A DNA stretch of 64,000 bases from an uncultured Chloroflexia bacterium (GTDB taxonomy: Bacteria > Chloroflexota > Limnocylindria > QHBO01), in the NCBI GenBank assembly GCA_963825525.1, contig CAWGTN010000002.1, forward strand, positions 480,001 to 544,000, in the 5' to 3' direction. Positions 11,096-20,666 of the stretch are shown here, piece after piece. Made by a program: the position numbers and the translations under genes. Within the stretch, counting starts at the first letter, position 1. Every line of letters begins with the position of its first letter. The notes under the pieces are model-generated. The model was given only the letters and a program-made list of their open reading frames with translations. It was not told the origin of the DNA and made no database searches.

Positions 11096-11799
11096 GGCGC
11101 CTACGTGGGAATGCTGCGAGGTCGCGAGGTCAGACCCTCGTCGAGATGGCCCTAGTTGCACCGCTGTTCTTCATGCTGGTCTTCGGAATCATCATTCTCG
11201 GTATCGGCGTCTTCTATCAGCAGCAAGTTACGAACGCGGCACGCGAGGCCGCGCGGTATGCGGCCATCACGAGCGCAACTGCCCAGTGTCCGACGGCGTC
11301 AACGCTCGACCCGCGATCGGGCGCTGCGGGCGCGTTCGTGCGCCGCGAGTACGTCGCCTGTGACCGACCGACCGAGGGCTGGCCGAAGATGACCGCCGCC
11401 GCCCGTGAGCTGTTGTTCGGAATCGACGGACCGCGGGTGCAGGTGCATGCTTGCTGGTCGGGATATCGCGACACCGCAAATCCGTCGATTTACGACGCAC
11501 CTCCCCCTGGGACCTATCAGATCGCTGGAACTCCGTACACGTACGCCACCACATTCCACCAATGCAGGATTGATGGAATCGATCCCACGACTGACCCGGA
11601 CTCGATACGGTGCGTGGCCGGTATGACAACGACGGATGAAGCGTCAAACATGTCGGAAAAGGAAGGCGTGATCGTAGCCAACCGGGTGACCGCCTATGCC
11701 TGTTACACATGGCGCCCACCCCTGGCTGGCTTCCTCCTCATCCCTCCGTCTGTGGTGCTTCGAGCGAGCATCACCGAACCGATTCAGAGGCAACACTGA
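11092..11799 (+). CDS. TadE-like minor pilin/pseudopilin
   Basis: RGQTLVEMALVAPLFFMLVFGII..NAAREAARYA; GTGA overlap with the previous gene. Confidence 0.88.
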   Translation: MRRLRGNAARSRGQTLVEMALVAPLFFMLVFGIIILGIGVFYQQQVTNAAREAARYAAITSATAQCPTASTLDPRSGAAGAFVRREYVACDRPTEGWPKMTAAARELLFGIDGPRVQVHACWSGYRDTANPSIYDAPPPGTYQIAGTPYTYATTFHQCRIDGIDPTTDPDSIRCVAGMTTTDEASNMSEKEGVIVANRVTAYACYTWRPPLAGFLLIPPSVVLRASITEPIQRQH

Positions 11800-13337
11800 T
11801 GCGCTGTCGCTCGGAGCAAGGACAGATTCTCATTCTCACCGCGGCCGCGATGGTGGTTCTCATCGCGATAGCCGCGCTCGTCGTTGATGTTGGCTTTTCG
11901 TGGATGCTGCGGCGTCAAGAGCAGAACGCTGCCGACCCAGGAGCGATCGCTGCGGCTCGCTGGCTTCGGGATCCCGTGACTGGCAACGCGGTGAGTCCAT
12001 CTGCGGTTCAGGCGCAGATGGACGCGGAGGGTTGCTTCTATGCCCACAGCAATGGGTTTTTCGATGGCGACACGGACTGCGTCGCGGCGTTGGCAGCGGA
12101 TGATCTCCGCGTCGTTTCGCCGCCCGTCAGCGGTGACTACAGCGGCCGCGCGGGCTATGTGCAGGTCATCATCCGCGCCACACATCCTTCGTTTTTCGGC
12201 AGCTTCCTGGGAAGTTCAACAGCGACGGTGACGAGCGCAGCGGTCGCCGCAAATACCACGGCGAGCTCGAACTCGGCCTCACTGGTGGCTCTCCAAACGA
12301 CGTGCACTGGCGGGTCGTCCGCTAACGTCAATGGAGGCGGGACGGTGCGTATCTTTCCGGTGATCCCGGGAACAGACGGCGGTTACGTCCACGTGAACTC
12401 TCCGTGCGGAAATTCCGATGACCACATCTGCCAGAACGGCGTCGGTTCATCGGCTCTCTCGATCAGCGGCACCTTGCGCGCCCCCAAGGTCAATGTTGTC
12501 GGATCGTGCACCTACAACGGCGCTGGAGCTAGCGGACTGCAGTGCGAACCTGTGGGAACCACGGGGTGCCTGGACGAGACCGCGCTTCCTCTCGGCGATC
12601 CCCTCGCAAACCTTCCAGAGCCGCGCCTCGCGGACTTCCCGAACGGGACATGTCCGCGTGGCGACGCCTCGACACCGAGCTCCACTCAGCCATGCCCGCT
12701 GGATCGAACCGGCCCCAAGCAGTGCCCAACCACTCCCGTGTGTCGCCTGACGCCGGGCGTGTACTACGGCGGATGGAAGGTTGGATCCAATGTCTCCGTC
12801 CAGCTAGAACCCGGCATGTACATCTTGGCCGGGGGCGGTATCAGCCTCTCCGGCAGCTCGACCATCGAAGCGGTCACCAACCCGAGTGGCGTTGACGCTC
12901 GGGTGATGATCTTCTCCACGGATGGGCCGGGTTGCCCCAGCATCGCAGCACAATGTCAGGGCGCAATCACCTTCACGGCGAACCAAGCGTTCCGCGCGAA
13001 GGCGCTGAACGATGCGACGTGTGGAGCGGTGAGTCCGCAGGCCTGTCCTTGGCGCGGCATCCTCCTCTGGCAGGACGGCAGCGCGACGAACCCTACCGCG
13101 ACTGTGAAACTGGGCGGGCAAGCAAGCACTGTCTTAGCCGGAACGATCTATGCCCCGAAGGCTGATGTGCAGATTTCCGGCGGCACGAGCACCACTGGCT
13201 GCACTGGTTCGACGTTAGGTTGTCTCTCCATCCAGATCATCAGCTGGACCTGGAAGATCACGGGTGGCGGTACGGTTGAAATGCCGTACAACCCGACGGA
13301 GCTCTACCAGTTCCCCGAGCGTGGCCTCGTTGAGTAA
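11799..13337 (+). CDS. TadG-like Flp pilus-associated protein with long Cys-rich extracellular domain
   Basis: EQGQILILTAAAMVVLIAIAALVVDVG..QNAADPGAIAAA; later DPLANLPEP, LTPGVYYGG, GTIYAP motifs; TGATG overlap. Confidence 0.82.
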   Translation: MRCRSEQGQILILTAAAMVVLIAIAALVVDVGFSWMLRRQEQNAADPGAIAAARWLRDPVTGNAVSPSAVQAQMDAEGCFYAHSNGFFDGDTDCVAALAADDLRVVSPPVSGDYSGRAGYVQVIIRATHPSFFGSFLGSSTATVTSAAVAANTTASSNSASLVALQTTCTGGSSANVNGGGTVRIFPVIPGTDGGYVHVNSPCGNSDDHICQNGVGSSALSISGTLRAPKVNVVGSCTYNGAGASGLQCEPVGTTGCLDETALPLGDPLANLPEPRLADFPNGTCPRGDASTPSSTQPCPLDRTGPKQCPTTPVCRLTPGVYYGGWKVGSNVSVQLEPGMYILAGGGISLSGSSTIEAVTNPSGVDARVMIFSTDGPGCPSIAAQCQGAITFTANQAFRAKALNDATCGAVSPQACPWRGILLWQDGSATNPTATVKLGGQASTVLAGTIYAPKADVQISGGTSTTGCTGSTLGCLSIQIISWTWKITGGGTVEMPYNPTELYQFPERGLVE

Positions 13338-13339
13338 CC

Positions 13340-13870
13340 TCAATCGGGAGCCAGGGCACCCTCCGTGGCGAGCCTGAGTGCCAGGATCACCGCTTCGCGA
13401 GGATCGCGCGCACGGTGAACTCTCGGGCCGCCGAGCCGGTGCTCCGACTCGACGCGCCACGAGCTCAGGGTGACGACGTGGCGTCCCATCCGCAGAGCGA
13501 GTCCGATCTCAGATAGCGTCCCGTGCCGTCCGCCGACCGCGACAACGGCGTCGGCTGATGTGACGACGACAAGGTTGCGCATCACACCGAGCCCCGTCGC
13601 GATGGGGATGCTTACGTAGTCGTTCGCCTCTGCCGCATCGGCTCCGGGAAGAAAGCCGATCGTTCGACCCGCTCCGGCGCGCGCGCCTCGCGAGGCGGCC
13701 TCCATCACGCCACCAAGTCCGCCCGTGATTACCGTGGCACCGGCCCGCGCGAGCTCGAGGCCGATCTCCTCGGCCCAGTCGAGAATTCGGTGGGCATCCG
13801 GGCCGCGCGGTTCGCCGTCGCCGATGACCGCGATGTACGGCGGCCTGGGCTCGCGTCCCCGTTCAGCCAT
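13340..13870 (-). CDS. TIGR00725 family (LOG/Rossmann-like nucleotide-binding) protein
   Basis: IAVIG..AEEIGLELAR..ITGGLGGVMEAASRGA..TIGFLPG..IATGLGVMRN..GTLSEIGLAL. Confidence 0.85.
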   Translation of the reverse strand: MAERGREPRPPYIAVIGDGEPRGPDAHRILDWAEEIGLELARAGATVITGGLGGVMEAASRGARAGAGRTIGFLPGADAAEANDYVSIPIATGLGVMRNLVVVTSADAVVAVGGRHGTLSEIGLALRMGRHVVTLSSWRVESEHRLGGPRVHRARDPREAVILALRLATEGALAPD

Positions 13871-14435
13871 CGGAAGACCCTCTCAGCGTGATGGAGGCCA
13901 GCGTCTCATAGGTGGCGCCCTGCCTGCCGAGATGGCTTCGCATGAGCAGCATCCGATCGACAGCCAGGGTCCCATCGGGCGCGCCACCATCGGAAATCCA
14001 GGCGCGGAGGTCCGCCGGCGCGCCGACGGCTCGAGCGAGCGTCAGGTGGGGATGAAAAGGTCGCGTCTCCCCCATCCCGAGCGCAGCGGCCACATCGCCG
14101 GCAAGTGCCGAAACTCGTCCCGCCGCACCATCCACTCCGTACCACGCAACCTTCGCCGATTGCGGCCGCGGAAACCCGCCCAGGCCGCCGGTCGGCAGCG
14201 ACATCGGCTCGTGGCGTGCCGCCACTCCAACCAGCGTGCGCTCGACCTCCGGAACTCGCGACGGCGACAGGTCGCCCAGGAAGGCGAGCGTCACGTGCCA
14301 TCCGCTCGACGTCGTCCAGCGCAAACCGGCCAGGTCGCGCCGCAACCGCCATCGCTCAACCGCCACCCCGAGCTCGCGCCTCAGATCGTCACCGATCGGG
14401 AGTGCCACGAAGCAGCGCCACCGCTCGTTGGTCAT
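13863..14435 (-). CDS. thpR: RNA 2',3'-cyclic phosphodiesterase (2H phosphoesterase)
   Basis: RCFVAL start; two HxT motifs WHVTLAFLG and FHPHLTLAR; C-terminal LMRSHL..Y. Confidence 0.88.
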   Translation of the reverse strand: MTNERWRCFVALPIGDDLRRELGVAVERWRLRRDLAGLRWTTSSGWHVTLAFLGDLSPSRVPEVERTLVGVAARHEPMSLPTGGLGGFPRPQSAKVAWYGVDGAAGRVSALAGDVAAALGMGETRPFHPHLTLARAVGAPADLRAWISDGGAPDGTLAVDRMLLMRSHLGRQGATYETLASITLRGSSDG

Positions 14436-15160
14436 CTGGCCAGGCGCGCGTCCACCATCGGCAACAGCTCGTCGAGTCCTCGGATCACGGGAACGCCGTC
14501 TGGAATCTCATGCGCGCGATAGCGGCCCCCACGATCGATGAGGACGCCACGGATCCCGACGCTCGCCGCGCCCTCGACATCGGCATCCAGGTGGTCGCCG
14601 ACATGGATGACGGCACCTGCCTCGACGCCCGCCTGCTCGAGGGCCCACTCGAAGATCCTCGGGTGAGGCTTCTCGAAGCCAATGCGCGCGGACGCCGCGA
14701 TGAAGTCGAAATGCTCGACGATGTCCAGCGAATGCAGCAGCTCGGGCAGGTTCCAGACCCAGTTGCTCACCGCGCCGACCACCATGCCGCGCTCCTTCAG
14801 TCCGGCCAGCGTCGGCCACGCATCGGGAAAGATGTGCCAGTGGCTGGTCACCATGAACAGCTCACCGAGCCGGCGGAAGAAGGCATCCGGCATCGGATCG
14901 AGGCCCATATCGGCAACGGCGGCCGCATCGATCTGGACGGTTCGCCGGAAGCTCACCTCCTGCGAGGGCTCGAAGCCACCCTCCATGCCCCAGCCGCCAT
15001 GGTGATAGGCGCGGCGCAGGGCTCGATGGAGGTCGTCGATGTCGACCTCGACCCCGAATTCGCTGAACGCCAGCGCGTACACGTGCTCCCACGAGGGATT
15101 CGGGCGCATGACGGTGTCGCCGATGTCGAGGAAGACCGCGCGGAGTGGGGCTTCGCTCAT
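14432..15160 (-). CDS. HAD-superfamily hydrolase (REG-2-like)
   Basis: AVFLDIGDT, VSNW, EKPHPRIF, HVGDHLDADVEGA; start placed at ATG 15160, 6 nt after TACGCT. Confidence 0.9.
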   Translation of the reverse strand: MSEAPLRAVFLDIGDTVMRPNPSWEHVYALAFSEFGVEVDIDDLHRALRRAYHHGGWGMEGGFEPSQEVSFRRTVQIDAAAVADMGLDPMPDAFFRRLGELFMVTSHWHIFPDAWPTLAGLKERGMVVGAVSNWVWNLPELLHSLDIVEHFDFIAASARIGFEKPHPRIFEWALEQAGVEAGAVIHVGDHLDADVEGAASVGIRGVLIDRGGRYRAHEIPDGVPVIRGLDELLPMVDARLAR

Positions 15161-15214
15161 CGGCCCAGCGTAGCGCAGGGCACCGTCTCCCTGCGCTCGG
15201 GGGATGGGCGAGGC

Positions 15215-15402
15215 TTGCCCTCGATATATCGGAAGGATCTTCACAGGAACCGTCGGCTGCGTGTCGTTTTCCCGATATATCGAGCGCCACCACGCACGAG
15301 GGACACGCCGGGGCGCTGCTCATGCTGTGGGCCGCTCGAAATATCCCGACAACCGCACGCGCCATCGGCCTCGCGTGAAGAACGCGCGATCTATCGAGCG
15401 AA
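15215..15402. repeat. REP/REPIN-like long inverted-repeat element, copy 1
   Basis: Palindromic 10-mers at 15222 (CGATATATCG), 15273 (CGATATATCG), 15337 (CGAAATATCC), 15387 (CGATCTATCG); left and right arms are imperfect reverse complements. Confidence 0.8.
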
Positions 15403-15478
15403 GAGCCTGCGGTCGCGAGCCGACCGACCGGCCACCACCCCTTCCGTGCGCGGGATGCCGGGCACTCGCCCGCCACGC

Positions 15479-15928
15479 TCAGGCGGCCGAGACACCCATG
15501 GTGCGCAGGATCGAGTAGATCTCGGTCCGGTAGCGAATGCCCGATGAATGACGCGAGAGCCACAGGACGTAGTCAGGGTCCTGTCGCGCGAGGTCCTGGA
15601 GGCTCCAGCCCGTGTAGCGCCCGAAGCTCAGGACGCTGCTCCCCTTGCTTGGAGCGGCCGGCGCCGATGCGGGCCGCGCAGCTGCCTGGACACTGACGCC
15701 GGCAACCGTCATGCGCCGGCTGCGATCGAAGGCGGCCCGGCCCGATGGATCGCGCAACATGGCGTACGCGCGGTTGAGCTCAGCCATCTTGTCGGCCGCT
15801 CGGCGAGATGCGTCACGATCCGGGTGGTACTTGAACGCGAGCGCCTTGTAGGCACCCTGGATCACCTCCTGCTCGGCGGTCGGCAGGATCTGGAGCATGG
15901 CGTACGGATCGAACGTCGGGCCGGGCAC
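15479..15928 (-). CDS. J-domain (DnaJ-type) protein with small C-terminal 'FGRYxG..YxxW' domain
   Basis: DPYAMLQI..AYKALAFKYHPD..LNRAYAMLRDP..RAAFD; C-terminal LSFGRYTGWSLQDLARQDPDYVLWL. Confidence 0.85.
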   Translation of the reverse strand: MPGPTFDPYAMLQILPTAEQEVIQGAYKALAFKYHPDRDASRRAADKMAELNRAYAMLRDPSGRAAFDRSRRMTVAGVSVQAAARPASAPAAPSKGSSVLSFGRYTGWSLQDLARQDPDYVLWLSRHSSGIRYRTEIYSILRTMGVSAA

Positions 15929-15938
15929 GGGTCGATCC

Positions 15939-17025
15939 TCAGTCGTTGTAGAGCCGCTCTTCGATCAGCTTCTCGGCCGTGATCCGTCCCGTCGGATCAA
16001 AGCAGCTGTATTCGAAGAGCTTCTCGTATTCGAGGTCGACGTTGTCCTGCCCGCCGCGATTCTTCTCGATCGAGGCGATGATCCAGTCGCGATAGCGCTG
16101 CGCCTGGTACGGGTTGAACTCGATGTTCACCTTCGCGACGATGTTGTACTTGTCGTTCAGGATCAGGATGATGTCGGACTCGTAGTTGATGGCCGATGAC
16201 CCGCGCAGGTGATGGTTTCGCAGCCGCTTGGCCTTGAGGCCCTCCCGGTCGGCGGCGACGATCGCCACGACCGGGATCGACTCGGCGAGCGCGATGTCCT
16301 TGAGGCCGGACACGATGCGGGTGACCTTCTCCTCCTCGGTCGTCGGCTCCGGGATGACCGGGACCTTCTGGAGGTAGTCGACGAAGAGCACCAGGCGACG
16401 CTCATCGTCGCTTCCACGGTGCTCTCGCACCAGGGCACGAAGGTTGTCGATGGTCGAGCACGGTGGCGGTGCCGCGCATGAGGTAGAGGTTCGAGCCGTA
16501 GCGTGCGATGCGCTCCAGCGAGGGCCGAAGGCGAGGATTGGCGCCGAGCTTCGCGCGGGTGCCGGTCTCGGCGGAGGTCGTGTACGAGCTGACGACCTCC
16601 TTCTTGACGTCCTGGATCTTGACTGCGCCGGTCTTCTTCGGGAGGTGGCTGAGTGCCGACTCCATGGCGACCATGCGCTGGATCAGGTACTCCTCGTCGT
16701 GCTCGAAGCAGACGTAGAGCACCGTGGCCTGGCCGGACGCCGCCATGTTGCGAGCCATCTGGAGCGCCATGGTGGTCTTGCCCTGTCCCTGGGCGCCGCC
16801 GATGAGCATGAGCTCGCCCGGTCGCAGGCCACCGCCGATGGTCTTGTCCATGGGCACGAAGCCGGTGGCGATCGGCACGAGGTCGTCGATGCTGCCGGAT
16901 GCGACGCGCTCGTTCAGGCTGGTCAGCACGTCGAGCGCCGAACGCGGCGCCAGGGTGCCGTCTCCGGCATCGAGCTTCCAGTCCGACTCGGACTTCTTGG
17001 GCTGGGCGACGGGCTCGTCGATCAT
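15939..17025 (-). CDS. DnaB-like helicase C-terminal (RecA-fold) ATPase lacking the DnaB N-terminal domain; frameshift near 16460
   Basis: IATGFVPMDKTIGGGLRPGELMLIGGAQGQGKTT, LFVDYLQ, LRGSSAINYESD, IEKNRGG correspond to DnaB H1, H2, H4 and the K-x-R finger. Confidence 0.8.
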
Positions 17026-17188
17026 CAGGTGGCTGGCTCCAGATTCGAGGTCGTGAAGTGCGCGGTCACGTGCGCGATGGGGCAGGTGCCTGAACGCAAC
17101 ACGCCAGCGAGTATACGGCCCACCTCCTAGTGCACCAATGACCCGATTGGACTATGCCGGGAGCACAACGGTGCTGGGCCGGAATGCG

Positions 17189-17214
17189 TGAGGCCCGCCT
17201 CGTGGGCGGGCCTC
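17189..17214 (-). terminator. GC-rich hairpin downstream of ftsH (probable intrinsic terminator, weak U-tract)
   Basis: TGAGGCCCGCC-TCGTG-GGCGGGCCTCA. Confidence 0.6.
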
Positions 17215-17248
17215 AGGTCAGGTGATGCCGATGTGCGGCCGGTGTCGC

Positions 17249-19213
17249 TCAGGCGGGCTGGGGAGCCGGCCCTGGACGTCGGCGTGCGCCGCCGTCCTCA
17301 TCGGCCTCCGGCTCGATCGCTTCGCCTTCCGCCTCGGGCGTCACGACGTGCGTCATGCGCTTCGGGGTCGGTCCGCCGCTCCTCGGCGGGAGCACGCCCT
17401 CGAACAGGGACTCGAACTCCTCGGATTCGATCGTCTCCTTCTCGACGAGCAGGGTGGCGAGCCGATCCAGCACGTCGCGATGCGTGGTCAGCGCTTCCTT
17501 TGCCCGATTGAAGGCGTTGTCGATGATCTCTCGGACCTCGGCGTCGATCTTGGCCGCAACCTCATCCGAGTAGTTCCGCTGCTCGCTGATCTCGCGGCCC
17601 AGGAAGACCATCTCCTCCTTCTTGCCGAAGGCCAGCGGGCCGAGGTTCTTGCTCATCCCGTACTGGGTGACCATGGCACGCGCCAGACCGGTTGCCTTCT
17701 CGATGTCGTTCGAGCTCCCGGTGGTCGTGTCGCCGAAGACGATCGTCTCGGCCACGTTTCCGCCCAGCATGCCCGCGATCTTGTCCTCGAACTCGGTCTT
17801 GCTGTGGAGGTATCGGTCCTCCGCGGGCAGGCTCATCGTGTAGCCGAGGGCCATGCCGCGGCTCACGATCGTGACCTTGGTGACCGGGTCGCACTTGGGA
17901 AGCACGCGCTGCACGACGGCGTGACCGCCCTCGTGATACGCAATGATCTCCTTCTCCTCCTCGCTGATGAGGCGGCTCCGGCGCTCCGGTCCGGCGATCA
18001 CGCGGTCGATCGCCTCATTGAACTCGGACATCCCGACGGACTTCTTGTTGCGGCGCGCGGCGAGGATGGCGGCCTCGTTCACGAGGTTCGCGAGATCGGC
18101 ACCCGAGAAGCCGGGCGATCGGCGTGCGAGAGCCTCGAGGTCAACCGTCTTGTCGAGTGGCTTGCCCTTGATGTGGACGCTGAGGATCTCGCGGCGGCCC
18201 CGGATGTCCGGACGGTCGAGGATGACGGTGCGGTCGAAACGGCCCGGGCGCAGGAGCGCCGGGTCCAGGACGTCCGGACGGTTGGTGGCGGCGACCACGA
18301 TGACGTTGGTGTTCGTGTCGAAGCCGTCCATCTCGACCAGGATCTGGTTGAGGGTCTGCTCCCGCTCGTCGTGGGAGCCGCCGAGCCCGGCGCCACGCTG
18401 GCGGCCGACCGCGTCGATCTCGTCCACGAACACGATGCAGGGCGAGTTGCGCTTCGCCTGCTCGAAGAGGTCACGGACGCGCGATGCACCCACGCCCACG
18501 AACATCTCGACGAACTCGGAGCCGGAGATGCTGAAGAACGGCACGCCGGCCTCACCGGCAACGGCACGGGCAAGGAGCGTCTTGCCGGTGCCGGGCGGGC
18601 CCACCAGCAGCACGCCGCGCGGGATGCGGGCGCCGAGGCTGTTGAACTTCTCCGGGTACTTGAGGAACTCGACCACTTCGGTCAGCTCCTGCTTGGCCTC
18701 GTCCACGCCGGCGACGTCGTTGAAGGTCACGACCGTCTTGTTGCCGAGGAACATGCGAGCGCGGCTCTTGCCGAAGCTCATGGCCTGGTTATTGGTGCCC
18801 TGCGCCTGGCGCATCATGAAGAAGATGAACCCGCCGATCAGGAGGACCGGCAGCAGCGCGGTGATGAGGAGCGTCAGGACGCCTCCGGCGGCGCTGGGTT
18901 CGGTGGCGCCGAGCTTCGTGCAGTCGAATGATCCCGGATCTCCCCCGGCCTGGCAGCCGAGATCGATCGTGACCTGCGTGAGCTCGGATGGCACGACCGC
19001 GATCACCTCGTCGCCGTTGGCCAGGGTGGCGGTCAGATGCGAATCTTCCTGGGTGATGGACACGACGTCGCCGCTGCGGGCGTCATTGAGGAGCTGGCCA
19101 TAGGTGTAGTCGCTGGCGGTCTCGTCGCTGCCCATGAATGTCCAGAGCACGGCCAGTCCAAAGACGGCCAAAACGACCAGCACGACGCTGTTGCGAACGA
19201 TGCGGCTTGTCAA
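17249..19213 (-). CDS. ftsH: ATP-dependent zinc metalloprotease FtsH
   Basis: Two TM segments, [29 protein letters not shown] '[21 protein letters not shown]', HEGGH; start TTG 19213 inferred. Confidence 0.97.
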   Translation of the reverse strand: MTSRIVRNSVVLVVLAVFGLAVLWTFMGSDETASDYTYGQLLNDARSGDVVSITQEDSHLTATLANGDEVIAVVPSELTQVTIDLGCQAGGDPGSFDCTKLGATEPSAAGGVLTLLITALLPVLLIGGFIFFMMRQAQGTNNQAMSFGKSRARMFLGNKTVVTFNDVAGVDEAKQELTEVVEFLKYPEKFNSLGARIPRGVLLVGPPGTGKTLLARAVAGEAGVPFFSISGSEFVEMFVGVGASRVRDLFEQAKRNSPCIVFVDEIDAVGRQRGAGLGGSHDEREQTLNQILVEMDGFDTNTNVIVVAATNRPDVLDPALLRPGRFDRTVILDRPDIRGRREILSVHIKGKPLDKTVDLEALARRSPGFSGADLANLVNEAAILAARRNKKSVGMSEFNEAIDRVIAGPERRSRLISEEEKEIIAYHEGGHAVVQRVLPKCDPVTKVTIVSRGMALGYTMSLPAEDRYLHSKTEFEDKIAGMLGGNVAETIVFGDTTTGSSNDIEKATGLARAMVTQYGMSKNLGPLAFGKKEEMVFLGREISEQRNYSDEVAAKIDAEVREIIDNAFNRAKEALTTHRDVLDRLATLLVEKETIESEEFESLFEGVLPPRSGGPTPKRMTHVVTPEAEGEAIEPEADEDGGARRRPGPAPQPA

Positions 19214-19399
19214 CGTGGTTCTACTTTCGCCTCCGTGCGATCGGCATCCGGCCTGCGGCCGTCGACCGGCGCGGAACAGCACGCTCCGAGCCGGGCAAGT
19301 ATAGGTGCGGCCGATTGACCGAACAAACGACCCATGAGTACGGGGGCCGTCGCTCCTGATACGTGGGCCGTCGCGCCTTGACTCACCCTGCTCCCCGTT

Positions 19400-19473
19400 G
19401 TGCGCCGAATTTGTGCGCCGATCCGGTGCGCCGATCCCGTGCGCCGAGCCTGTGCGCCGATCTTGTGCGCCGA
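19400..19473 (+). repeat. 13-bp tandem repeat, 6 copies (core GTGCGCCGA)
   Basis: GTGCGCCGA starts at 19400, 19413, 19426, 19439, 19452, 19465; variable 4-nt linkers. Confidence 0.92.
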
Positions 19474-19598
19474 TATTTCAGCCGGCACTGAGCGTGGCGG
19501 GCGCCGCCGGGCGCGGTACGCGCTGGGCATCATCCGACATATCGACGAAACCGCGCCTGATACGGCTTCCAGGCCACAGCGCAACCGATCAATCGGCG
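19471..19598. repeat. REP/REPIN-like element, partial copy 3
   Basis: Motifs at 19471 (CGATATTTCA), 19535 (CGACATATCG), 19586 (CGATCAATCG); spacing 64 and 51 as in the other copies; arm sequence resembles the right arms of copies 1 and 2. Confidence 0.65.
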
Positions 19599-19601
19599 CG
19601 C

Positions 19602-20595
19602 TCAGCGCCCGATGCGTACCTGCCTGTCCCTGACGGTCGCCGTCCGTCCCCCACCCAGCTCGATGCGAACCCCGCCCCGATGACTGGCTGCGGCGTCCAG
19701 GAGCGCCTCGACCCGCTCGGCGCTCGGCGCGGGGTGGCCGATCGCGAGCCGCAGGATCCGACGCCCGAGAGCCGCTTCCGGAGGATCCCGCCAGTCGACT
19801 CCCCCGTCCTCGGTGACGCGACGCGACAGCTCCGTCGCCGCCAACCGATCGAGCAGCGCGTCGTCATCGGCGGCCAGGCGAGCGAATTCGCCGATGCGTT
19901 CGACGGATCCTGGGCGGAGTGCTTCGAGGATCGGCATGACCTGCGCCCGGACGCCATTTCGCAGAAAGGCGGGATCAGCGTTCGACGGATCGTCCCGGTA
20001 GGCGATCGCCGGCGGCATCCAACAGCCCACGAAGCGTGGCTCGCCGGACGCCGAGCAGCGGTCGGACGATGCGTCCGCGCCGGGCCGGGATGCCGCGAAC
20101 GCCACTCAGCCCGGCGCCGCGCAGCAGATTGAGCACCACGGTCTCGGCCGAGTCATCGGCGGTGTGAGCGGTGGCAATCAGGTGTCCCTCGGGCGCGACG
20201 TCCTCGAAGAAGGCGTAGCGCGCCACGCGGGCGGCATCCTCGATGGAGCGTCCCTCCGTACGAGCCAGGTCGGCGACGTCGGTGCGTCGCACGTCGCATG
20301 CGAGGCCGAGCGAGCGTGCCGCATCGGCAACGAACGCCGCGTCGTCCGCGCTCTCCGGCCGGAGGGCATGATCCAGATGTGCGACGGCGAGATTCCACTC
20401 GCGGCGCCCGGACTCGACCAGCTGTGCCGCTCCGCTCATCAGGGCCATCGAATCCGCGCCGCCGGACACCGCAAGCAGGATTCGAGCGTCATCCGGGATG
20501 TTGAGCGTGCGAGCGCCCTGGTCGACCAGCCCGGCGAGCCTCGAGAGCGGGGCCGACCTCTCGGCCGATTGCTGTTCCGCGCCAGGATCGCTCAT
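19602..20595 (-). CDS. tilS: tRNA(Ile)-lysidine synthetase, short form; frameshift near 20010
   Basis: LAVSGGADSMAL, AHLDHALR, EDAARVARY, ATAHTADDSAETVVLNLLRG, IVRPLL, DPSN..FLRNGVR; upstream of ftsH. Confidence 0.92.
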
Positions 20596-20666
20596 TTGAG
20601 ATGTATTCCCGTACTGCCCCTCGAGGCGTAGGCTCGGTCGATGAGTTGGATTGCCGGCTCCGATGG

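Noticed and set aside
15939-17025. Programmed frameshift in the DnaB-like gene
   Set aside because: No slippery heptamer is evident near 16460, and similar single indels occur in essential genes such as tilS.
19400-19473. Possible mini-CRISPR array
   Set aside because: 9-bp repeats with 4-nt linkers are far too short, and there are no cas genes; it is a tandem repeat.
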